Of a stretch of DNA of 33,704 nt, positions 18,478 through 26,062 are shown piece after piece (within the stretch, counting starts at the first letter, position 1; every line of letters begins with the position of its first letter). A program made the translations under genes and the position numbers. Below the pieces are notes generated by a model, which saw nothing but the letters and a program-made list of their open reading frames with translations, made no database searches and had not been told where the DNA came from. The stretch lies in IMG/VR virus record IMGVR_UViG_3300006115_000038, positions 1 through 33,704 of that record; one strand, written 5' to 3'. The DNA is from a virus (Duplodnaviria; Caudoviricetes).

Positions 18478-18810
18478 AGGCTCTGTTTGATCGAGGCGGC
18501 TCGATCCCCGTTGAGGGCGCAGTTTCCTGCGTTCAGAAGCTCGGGTGCCACAGACAAAAGCTAACTTCAGGCTTTAAAAGATGACGGCTCTGTGAAAAAG
18601 ATCCAACCGTCATGGTAAGTATTTTCGCTAGAATGGGAATAACTGCCAACCGTAACTAATCGCGAAGCTGGTGTAGGGGGTTTAAGGGTTACCGCCTCCG
18701 TTCCGAAAGGAAATCACTTTATTCTAGTATGACCGAGCAGCTCAGATAATGCTCTATCATTCCATCGCCCGGAAACGGGCGAATTATGACTTCACAGTCT
18801 AGATAATATT
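18478..18810 (+). ncRNA. Candidate large structured non-coding RNA, family unassigned
   Basis: No ORF of 60 aa or more. GC is 149/300 over 18481-18780 by hand count. Multiple helices, two GAAA tetraloops, G-U pairs consistent with the + strand, and long-range loop complementarities (see findings). Boundaries are approximate. Confidence 0.7.
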
Positions 18811-18812
18811 AA

Positions 18813-18857
18813 AGAAGAAAGAAAAAGTAATTGCTTGAGTTTACGAAAGCAATTACT
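18813..18857 (-). terminator. Intrinsic terminator for the leftward gp26/gp51-like operon
   Basis: 11-bp stem AGTAATTGCTT/AAGCAATTACT (18826-18836/18847-18857), followed on the - strand by TTTTCTTTCTTC. A second hairpin TGATGAGC-TTTA-GCTCATCA (18857-18876) is adjacent. Confidence 0.65.
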
Positions 18858-18887
18858 GATGAGCTTTAGCTCATCACTTAACAATGA

Positions 18888-19115
18888 TTAAAAGAAAGGA
18901 AGTCCTGAAGTTTTAGTTGTTTCGAGATTTTCTTTTATAAGTTCCCCGATAGCTTCTCTATCTTCATTACCTAGTTGCCATGCTTCATCATAGGTTATAC
19001 CACCTCGCATATACCAACAGATCTGTACTATATCTTTCCTAAGAGATTTTGATTCTCGTTCGAGCATGTCAACTTCACTGAGTATCTCCTCCATGCTCAT
19101 ATTAAGGAGTCTCAT
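18888..19115 (-). CDS. Small baseplate/tail assembly protein (gp51-like position); possibly the C-terminal part of a frameshift product
   Basis: ICWYMRGGITYDEAWQL..EDRE.I..LIKE pattern. ATGA overlap with the upstream gene and no clear SD. Confidence 0.6.
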   Translation of the reverse strand: MRLLNMSMEEILSEVDMLERESKSLRKDIVQICWYMRGGITYDEAWQLGNEDREAIGELIKENLETTKTSGLPFF

Positions 19116-19969
19116 ACGAAAAAATTTGATTGGTCAAACGTTATCGGAATTTCGTAGGACGCAGGAACACCTCTGTCGATATCTTCCTGAGGAGACTGAA
19201 CTACTAATGGTTTGATACTGCTCTTGCGACGCATATCATTGACGTGATCCATTACTTTATTAAAATAACTCTTATCGGTGTTGTTAAAGAATTCCATTAT
19301 CTGTTTCTTGTCAGTAACCTTAGCATCCGGAGTATCGATACTGATGACACTAGATATAAACAGATCTAGCGTAAAGTCTGTTAACTTTTTAAAAGCTAGA
19401 TTAAAATGCACGAGTTTTTCATCATCGGGCATATTTTGGTCGTCTACTATCTTGAATATCCTCTGTTCTTGGAAAGTTTTCTGAGCATTAACAGTAAACT
19501 GCCTGTAGGTCATGGGGCGTATCTCTACAGTTATCTCATCATTTATGATCACGTACGGCTCGTATTCAAATACGATTAGCTGATCTAACAGTTCTCTGAG
19601 ATTAACTTCATAGTCTCTCTCTTCTACGATAACAGGAACCTTAGTGGTTAATGTCATCCTCTCACCGTAGCTAGCCATCCTTATGGCTATCATGATAGCA
19701 TCTAGGTCTATCTGCGGTACTGCCCAAGGATCTAGGATATTTGGTATACAGCTACGTATCACTTCAACAGTCGCATCACCATTGAGCAATGCATCTGGTG
19801 TTTTCATCATCATTTCGTCTTTTGCAGTGAGGGGAAACACAGGAACTTCTCCTGTGGAAGGCATATCTATTGTGCCTTTGGGATAGTAAGCGCCTTTGCT
19901 GGGCAAAGACAGATATATCTTAGGTTGCCTAAAATATTTCCTCAAAGGGTTATTAAGATCTTGAGCCAC
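19112..19969 (-). CDS. gp26: Baseplate hub assembly protein, T4 gp26-like
   Basis: NPLRKYFRQPKIYLSLPSKG...PLTAKDEMMMKTPDALLNG...DLDAIMIAIRMASYGE. GTG start with SD GGAGG. Confidence 0.7.
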   Translation of the reverse strand: MAQDLNNPLRKYFRQPKIYLSLPSKGAYYPKGTIDMPSTGEVPVFPLTAKDEMMMKTPDALLNGDATVEVIRSCIPNILDPWAVPQIDLDAIMIAIRMASYGERMTLTTKVPVIVEERDYEVNLRELLDQLIVFEYEPYVIINDEITVEIRPMTYRQFTVNAQKTFQEQRIFKIVDDQNMPDDEKLVHFNLAFKKLTDFTLDLFISSVISIDTPDAKVTDKKQIMEFFNNTDKSYFNKVMDHVNDMRRKSSIKPLVVQSPQEDIDRGVPASYEIPITFDQSNFFV

Positions 19970-19982
19970 GGGTTTTCCTCCA

Positions 19983-19989
19983 ATAAATA
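19983..19989 (+). promoter_or_regulatory. Late promoter-like box ATAAATA for the tape-measure-like gene
   Basis: ATAAATA in the divergent intergenic region. Confidence 0.55.
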
Positions 19990-20008
19990 AGTTATATAAT
20001 ACTCTAGA

Positions 20009-20016
20009 TATTTATA
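20009..20016 (-). promoter_or_regulatory. Late promoter TATAAATA for the gp26-like gene
   Basis: tatttata on + is the exact T4 late consensus on the - strand. Confidence 0.7.
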
Positions 20017-20040
20017 TGAGTATATAACTGGTGAAAAATA

Positions 20041-22905
20041 ATGGTTGAAATCCGTGGTGGTGGTACTCTCGATGGCGCACAATTAATTGATGCTGCTAGT
20101 GATTCTACTCTAAGAGAGCTTATCACTACGATACAGATGCAGGGCCAACAAGCAAAAGCTGCACAAGTTGATCAAACGGCTAAGCAGGTCAAAGCTGCGG
20201 ATATCGATGCACTGACCGAATCAACTAAAAAATCAACCAAACAATTTGATGATACTAAAGAATCTACTAAATCATTTAAAGAAAAACTAGATGAGGTTGC
20301 TAAATCTCTAGGGTCCGCATCTGCTACTCTGGCTAGCAAAGGCATCACTAGTCTATTTGATTTCTTTAGTACAGGAATGGATTCATTTCGACAACTAAGC
20401 ACGATAGGCACTGGATTCAATGGTAATCTAACTGAACTGAGTTCAGTTGCTCTTAATGCTGGACGTAGCGTAAGCGATTTCAGCAAGATAGTAATGGAAA
20501 ACTCTACTACTTTAACTGCGTTAGGAGGTAGTGCCGAAGGCGGCGCTAGGAAATTAGCAGAAATTAGCGGACTTTTAACACAAGGACAGTTGTTGCAGAG
20601 AATGTCTGCTATGGGTATGACTATGAAAGATATAGATCAAGCTACCCAGGCTTACATGGAATCTCAGATGAGATTAGGAACCTTAACTAGACAAAATGCT
20701 TCTGCTATCGCTGAGCATACTGCACAATTTTCTGAAGGATTAGATGGTGTTAGTCGTGCATTGGGATTGAACAGAAGTGCGTTAGAAAAAGCTTCTGTTG
20801 ATGTTGCAAAAGATCCTGTTATGAACCAGTTTGTACAAAATATTAGAGAAGCAGGCGGAAATGCTGAGAAAGCTTTTCAAAATCTAACAACTTTGACAGC
20901 AGCAGGCGGAGATAAACTTGCAAATGCGTTCGTACACGTTAGTAATGGTCTAGTAGGTAATGATACCCTTGCCCAGGCATTATCAGGTATCAACGGGTCA
21001 GTTAGGCAGACTATAGCTAATATATCAAAAGGAAATACAGATTTTGCTTCCAATGCACAATATCTTAAAGAAGCTGCTCAATCACAACTACGTGGATTAA
21101 CAGAATCACAAATTGAAATAAATCCTAGACTATTAGAACTTAAAAAATTCGTTATAATGATGGAACAATATGGTAATGTATCACAATCTGCATTAGAAAG
21201 AGCAAAAGATGGATTGTTAGCTAGTTATGATAGTTTTGGAGGAAGATTAGCATCTTTAAGTACTACAATGGGCACTGCTTTAAATCGTTTAATGGGTGCA
21301 ATAATCGATACTGATCTCTTTAAAAGTGTCGAAGCTGGATTGAATAGTTTAGCCAAATACTTAACCTCTGGTGAAAGTACACAAGCATTGAGGCAATTTG
21401 CTAATGGTTTAATGGAAGCATTTCAAAAAGTTTATTCAGCTATGAAAGAAGGATGGACTAATGGCACAATTTGGACTGCAATAACGGCAGGACTAAATTC
21501 TCTTTGGAATGATGTTGGCGGTGTATTAGAAAGAGAATTTACTAATATGTTCAATAGGTTTTTTGGAGGAAAGCCGGCAGCACCTATTAATGCAGAGCAG
21601 CAAAGTAATGATGCGGCTCGAACAGTTGAAACACGGGGACAAGAACAGAGGCAATCTTGGGATAAGATATTCACTGATGCTATAGAATCTATAAGACAAA
21701 AAGGTTTAGAATTTTTTCATTCGTTACCCACTGCACTTACTGAAGGAGTAAACACTGCTAGAGAATCTCTAAGTAGTGTTTTTGGGATGGTCAGTGAATT
21801 CGTATCAACCTTGCCGGAACGTGTGTCGTTTGCTAAAAAAGAACTGCAAAATATCATAGACAGCATTAGTTTAGATAGCATAGGACAAAAGATATCTAAT
21901 TTTGCTAAAGAACTGCAAAATATCATAGACAGCATTAGTTTAGATAGCATAGGACAAAAGATATCTAATTTTGCTAAAGATATAAATTCTAGTATACAAA
22001 CTATAGACCTAACTAAATTTAACGATTTTATGACGAATATCCGAGGATTAAGCCTATCATCCTTGACTGGAGAGATGGAAAGAGTACCAGGGATAGTGGC
22101 TAGGGTAAAGGAAAGTCTAACTGGATTTTCTGATGTTGTTAGGATAGAAATAGACAAATTAAATGAAATTTTCAAACCCGGCGCATCAGGCCCTGAAGCG
22201 ATACAAAATATCAGCAGGGCACTAATGCAATTTGAAGGACCGTTGAGAACTTTAATTAACAACATAAGCGGATTGAACGGAGAAACTGCACAAACATTAA
22301 CTTCTTCTTCTATCAGTAACGTATTGACTAGCATAACTGGTTTCATAGAAAAAACAACTCAGGGTATAAAAACTTTAGAAAATATTAACCCAGAACAGAT
22401 GCAGAGAAACATGGGTGCTATACGTTCTATAGGCGTAGAAATGAGGCAGTTTTTTGATAATTTTGGCGTTGGAACAGCTTGGAGCACTTTTATCGGAAAT
22501 GTGTCAGGCGCTTTTGATACTGTATCTGAAAACATAAAAAAATTACAAAATATCAATGTAGATGCAGTAAATGGTATCGTGACTTCGATGAATCAGCTCA
22601 AAGGTATAGGAGCTAGTTTAGGTGCAGATATACAGGGAGTTACTACATTTACAGAAAGTGTTAGTGTATTGAGGCGAGAGCTAGAAGCAGGTGCTTCTGC
22701 TGCTGAACGCATCAAAGCAGCAGCGGGAAGCTTACCTGCTGGTACTGGTGGCATAGCTGGAGCTAATAATTATAATCAAATAGATCCCAATCAAATATAT
22801 CAAACAATGAGAGATATTAATGGTTCACTAGGTAGTTTAAACAATTATCTAAACACCATAGCAGCTAATTCTGCCGCACCGAGGGCTCCTGCTGTAACTC
22901 GTTGA
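20041..22905 (+). CDS. Tape-measure-like protein (gp29-like)
   Basis: 954 aa, Ala/Ser/Gly/Leu-rich and predicted helical with amphipathic periodicity. Adjacent to the gp26/gp51-like pair. No diagnostic motif. Confidence 0.6.
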   Translation: MVEIRGGGTLDGAQLIDAASDSTLRELITTIQMQGQQAKAAQVDQTAKQVKAADIDALTESTKKSTKQFDDTKESTKSFKEKLDEVAKSLGSASATLASKGITSLFDFFSTGMDSFRQLSTIGTGFNGNLTELSSVALNAGRSVSDFSKIVMENSTTLTALGGSAEGGARKLAEISGLLTQGQLLQRMSAMGMTMKDIDQATQAYMESQMRLGTLTRQNASAIAEHTAQFSEGLDGVSRALGLNRSALEKASVDVAKDPVMNQFVQNIREAGGNAEKAFQNLTTLTAAGGDKLANAFVHVSNGLVGNDTLAQALSGINGSVRQTIANISKGNTDFASNAQYLKEAAQSQLRGLTESQIEINPRLLELKKFVIMMEQYGNVSQSALERAKDGLLASYDSFGGRLASLSTTMGTALNRLMGAIIDTDLFKSVEAGLNSLAKYLTSGESTQALRQFANGLMEAFQKVYSAMKEGWTNGTIWTAITAGLNSLWNDVGGVLEREFTNMFNRFFGGKPAAPINAEQQSNDAARTVETRGQEQRQSWDKIFTDAIESIRQKGLEFFHSLPTALTEGVNTARESLSSVFGMVSEFVSTLPERVSFAKKELQNIIDSISLDSIGQKISNFAKELQNIIDSISLDSIGQKISNFAKDINSSIQTIDLTKFNDFMTNIRGLSLSSLTGEMERVPGIVARVKESLTGFSDVVRIEIDKLNEIFKPGASGPEAIQNISRALMQFEGPLRTLINNISGLNGETAQTLTSSSISNVLTSITGFIEKTTQGIKTLENINPEQMQRNMGAIRSIGVEMRQFFDNFGVGTAWSTFIGNVSGAFDTVSENIKKLQNINVDAVNGIVTSMNQLKGIGASLGADIQGVTTFTESVSVLRRELEAGASAAERIKAAAGSLPAGTGGIAGANNYNQIDPNQIYQTMRDINGSLGSLNNYLNTIAANSAAPRAPAVTR
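21838..21975 (+). repeat. Perfect in-frame 69-bp tandem duplication (2 copies)
   Basis: 21838-21906 is identical to 21907-21975 and encodes KELQNIIDSISLDSIGQKISNFA twice. Confidence 0.95.
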
Positions 22906-22938
22906 CAACAATAAATTCTCAACTTCGTAACAGATGCG

Positions 22939-22945
22939 ATAAGTA
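22939..22945 (+). promoter_or_regulatory. Late promoter variant ATAAGTA upstream of portal
   Basis: One mismatch to ATAAATA, followed by SD GGAG and the GTG start. Confidence 0.45.
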
Positions 22946-22968
22946 ATAAGATACGATGGAGAAATCGA

Positions 22969-24693
22969 GTGTCCTGGAAGAAATATTTTAGCCCTGTTAA
23001 TAGAGATGGAAGGCTCAGCCCCCTTGGTAGTGATCCAGGTGGAAGCCAAGCATCAAAGACCAATTACAGCAGCTATCTCCCTGATGTTTATGTTGGTAAT
23101 CCTAATCGTATCGAACGCTATCTACAGTATGATACTATGGATACAGACAGCGAAGTTAACGCTGCATTGGATATCATAGCAGAATTCAGCACACAGAAAA
23201 ACAGAGAAAACAATACACCTTTTTTTGTTAGCCTAAGAGACAAAGCTACTAGCGTAGAACTTAAACTGATTAAAGAATATCTACAAAAATGGTGCAAGCT
23301 ACAGCAGCTAGAGACACGAATTTTCCGTATTTTTCGCAATGTTTGCAAATACGGTGACGTTTTCTTCATACGAGATCCAGAAACTAAAAAATGGTTTTAT
23401 GTTGATCCTGGAAAGATAACCAAAATCATAGTTAACGAAAGTGACGGAAAGAAACCCGAACAGTACGTTATACGTGATCTAAATCCAAATTTCCATAATC
23501 TAGTAGTAACTCAGATAAGTCCTAGTAATGCCACTAATCAACCAACTGGTACTGCTTATGCTAGTGGCGGAGCTGGTCCTCGCGGTATGACAGGTGCCTT
23601 CCCACAGCAGGCCGGAACTAGATTCAGCATTGGCCAGAACGAGATGGCTATACCTGCTAAACACATGGTACACATCAGTTTAAGCGAAGGTTTAGACAAT
23701 AATTTTCCTTTTGGTAATAGCTTGCTTGAAAGTGTTTTCAAAGTCTACAAACAAAAAGAATTGCTCGAAGATGCTATCCTAATTTATCGTATACAGCGTG
23801 CGCCTGAGCGCAGGATATTCTATATCGATGTGGGAAATATGCCAAGCCATATGGCCATGCAGTTCGTAGAACGTGTGAAAAACGAGATACATCAGCGCCG
23901 CATACCTAGTTCAGTGGGTGGTGGTACTAGCGTCGTTGACTCTAGTTACAATCCTCTATCGATCAACGAAGATTACTTCTTTCCTCAAACAGCAGAAGGT
24001 CGTGGATCTAAGGTAGAAACACTTCCGGGCGGTACAAATCTCGGTGAAATCGACGATTTGCGTTATTTTACTAATAAACTGTTCCGTGCGTTGCGCATTC
24101 CTAGCAGCTACTTACCAACCGGATCAGACGACAGTGCAAACACGTTTAATGACGGAAGAGTTGGAACTGCTTACATACAAGAGCTAAGATTTAACAAGTA
24201 CTGCGAGCGCCTACAATCGCTAATGGAAGGCGAAATCGACAAAGAATTTAAAGTTTATCTATATGAAAACGGAATCACTATAGATGACAGTCTTTTTAGT
24301 TTGAGATTTAATCCTCCGCAAAATTTTGCTGCTTACAGGCTTAGCGAGCTAGATGCGCAGCGTGTTCCAACGTTCCAGGCACTGGAGCAAATCCCCTATC
24401 TCAGCAAGAGATTTACCATGAAACGCTTCTTAGGACTCAGCCCAGAAGAGATAATGGAAAACGAAGCCATGTGGAAGCAAGAACATAAAGAAGTTTCTGC
24501 AGAACCAGTGCCTGCGAGCGCAGAACTACGTAGCGCAGGAATAACTCCGACAGGAATCCAGGACGCAATGAATCCTCAACCTGAAGGAAATCCTGAAGCA
24601 GAACAGGCAGCACCCGGTGGTGCAGCAGCGCCTATGGCAGGACAAGCAGCACCTAGTGGAGTGATGGCTCCAGGCGCTGCTCCAGGAATGTAA
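22969..24693 (+). CDS. gp20: Portal vertex protein
   Basis: LLEDAILIYRIQRAPERRIFYIDVGNMP, EDYFFP, VETLPGGTNLGEIDDLRYF..KLFRALRIPSSYL and ELRFNKYCERLQ are T4 gp20-family motifs. Confidence 0.95.
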   Translation: MSWKKYFSPVNRDGRLSPLGSDPGGSQASKTNYSSYLPDVYVGNPNRIERYLQYDTMDTDSEVNAALDIIAEFSTQKNRENNTPFFVSLRDKATSVELKLIKEYLQKWCKLQQLETRIFRIFRNVCKYGDVFFIRDPETKKWFYVDPGKITKIIVNESDGKKPEQYVIRDLNPNFHNLVVTQISPSNATNQPTGTAYASGGAGPRGMTGAFPQQAGTRFSIGQNEMAIPAKHMVHISLSEGLDNNFPFGNSLLESVFKVYKQKELLEDAILIYRIQRAPERRIFYIDVGNMPSHMAMQFVERVKNEIHQRRIPSSVGGGTSVVDSSYNPLSINEDYFFPQTAEGRGSKVETLPGGTNLGEIDDLRYFTNKLFRALRIPSSYLPTGSDDSANTFNDGRVGTAYIQELRFNKYCERLQSLMEGEIDKEFKVYLYENGITIDDSLFSLRFNPPQNFAAYRLSELDAQRVPTFQALEQIPYLSKRFTMKRFLGLSPEEIMENEAMWKQEHKEVSAEPVPASAELRSAGITPTGIQDAMNPQPEGNPEAEQAAPGGAAAPMAGQAAPSGVMAPGAAPGM

Positions 24694-24694
24694 G

Positions 24695-24701
24695 ATAAAT
24701 A
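24695..24701 (+). promoter_or_regulatory. Late promoter-like box ATAAATA
   Basis: Lies 5 nt before ATG 24707. Confidence 0.55.
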
Positions 24702-24706
24702 AGATT

Positions 24707-24949
24707 ATGATATTACGTGAATTATTTTACTTTAACAACAATCAGAAAGAAATGAGTCAGGACGATAGATACGATCCAGATCGAGATGATTCTGTGGTTA
24801 AAAAAGGAGATACACGCAAGATATCACTAACTCTAAAACAGATCAATCGCTTGAGAAAAGCTAGCGATCTGCACGAATTAGAGACGCAGAAAGACAATGA
24901 TTTTTTTAGCAAAATGTATGCGGCCCCCCCTCCACAACCCGCAGCGTGA
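24707..24949 (+). CDS. Hypothetical head-module protein (80 aa)
   Basis: Fills the gap between portal and core protein; contains DTRKISLTLKQINRLRK. Confidence 0.7.
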   Translation: MILRELFYFNNNQKEMSQDDRYDPDRDDSVVKKGDTRKISLTLKQINRLRKASDLHELETQKDNDFFSKMYAAPPPQPAA

Positions 24950-25103
24950 TGATAAATAAATTTGTGCAACGAAGTGAAAGCAACAGTTTATGACTGTTGT
25001 CATATAATTTTCAAAATCCTTCGTTTTTGGCCTATTTCCACACCATCCTTTTCACATTCATTTAAATAATACGACAGCCTTAGCAACCAAAAAGGAGACA
25101 CTG

Positions 25104-26051
25104 ATGGCCAGCGTAAACAAGTTTGAACAGCTGCTCGAGTACGTAGTAAACGGCGAGCAATCAAAAGCAGAGGAGCTATTCCACGCACTAGTGGTAGCTA
25201 AATCCCGTGAAATTTATGAAAACCTCATCAATGAAGAAATGGAAGAGGAAGAAATGGATGAAGCCATGGAAGAAGAAGACATGGACGAATCTATGGAAGA
25301 AGAAGATATGGACGAATCCATGGATGACGACAGCGGCTACGGCGGCGACGAGACCGATGATATGGTCGACGATATGAAAGATCCAGAGGGTGATGAGCCT
25401 AGCGACGACGATGAATCAGACCATATGGGCCACGATGAAGGTTCAGAAGATGATCGTCTAAACGATCTAGAAGATGCACTAAACGACCTTAAGGCAGAGT
25501 TTGAAATGCTAGTTAAGGGCGAAGAGCACGAAGAAGAAGGTGATCCAAGTCACCACGGTGATGTACACATGAGCGATATCGAACACGATATGCAGGGTGG
25601 TGGTCACGACGAAATGGGCGGCGGAATGTTCGAAGAAGAAATCGAAGAGATCGCAATGAGCCCAGCAGAAATGATGCGCGAATATGTTGATAAGATCGGC
25701 GAGCCATACAAGAGCGGCAACGGTATATCAAATACTAAAGAAGGCGGACACGTTGGAGCACAAGCTGGTTCAGTAACTGGTACTACTAACACTAAGTCAG
25801 TAGTTGCTAAGAAGAACGACATGGGTGGCACAACTGCTAACATCGCACGTGGTGGCGAAGCTGGTAAGGGTGGTACACAGGGTGGCTTGCTAAACCCAAC
25901 TACTAAGGAAGAGAACTTTGGAAACATCAATGTTCCAGGCGGAAAAGCTGGTAAGACTGGTTTCACACACCGAGTAAGTGACGGACACGGCACTGAGAAA
26001 AAGGGCAAGGGTGAGACTGGCGGAACTAACACAAAGAGCCTCTTTAGGTAA
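25104..26051 (+). CDS. Acidic prohead core / scaffold-like protein
   Basis: Extremely D/E-rich N-terminal half and G/K/T-rich C-terminal half. SD AAGGAG. Sits between portal and protease, like T4 gp67/gp68. Confidence 0.65.
   Translation: MASVNKFEQLLEYVVNGEQSKAEELFHALVVAKSREIYENLINEEMEEEEMDEAMEEEDMDESMEEEDMDESMDDDSGYGGDETDDMVDDMKDPEGDEPSDDDESDHMGHDEGSEDDRLNDLEDALNDLKAEFEMLVKGEEHEEEGDPSHHGDVHMSDIEHDMQGGGHDEMGGGMFEEEIEEIAMSPAEMMREYVDKIGEPYKSGNGISNTKEGGHVGAQAGSVTGTTNTKSVVAKKNDMGGTTANIARGGEAGKGGTQGGLLNPTTKEENFGNINVPGGKAGKTGFTHRVSDGHGTEKKGKGETGGTNTKSLFR
25239..25319 (+). repeat. Three imperfect 27-bp coding repeats (MEEEEMDEA / MEEEDMDES / MEEEDMDES)
   Basis: Read directly at 25239-25265, 25266-25292 and 25293-25319. 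Confidence 0.85.
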
Positions 26052-26062
26052 GGAACTGATAA

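Noticed and set aside
18459-18481. TAGGC repeated three times at the 5' edge of the candidate RNA
   Set aside because: Too short and irregularly spaced to call on its own; it may mark the RNA boundary but needs homologues to judge.
17780-18810. Group I or II intron carrying the homing endonuclease
   Set aside because: No recognisable P7 (R/S) or domain V sequence. The upstream gene ends in a normal stop and there is no downstream exon on the same strand.
18844-18876. CGAAA...CTGATGAG resembling a hammerhead ribozyme core
   Set aside because: Only 7 nt separate GAAA from CTGATGA, too few for stems III and I, and no GAAA follows the next stem. The sequence is explained by two simple hairpins.
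18445-18887. CRISPR or TIGR-type array, tRNA or tmRNA
   Set aside because: No run of three or more regularly spaced repeats, no cloverleaf or T-loop/CCA end, and no tag reading frame seen.
22902-22930. TTGACA upstream of the portal gene as a sigma70 promoter
   Set aside because: No acceptable -10 hexamer at 16-18 nt spacing.
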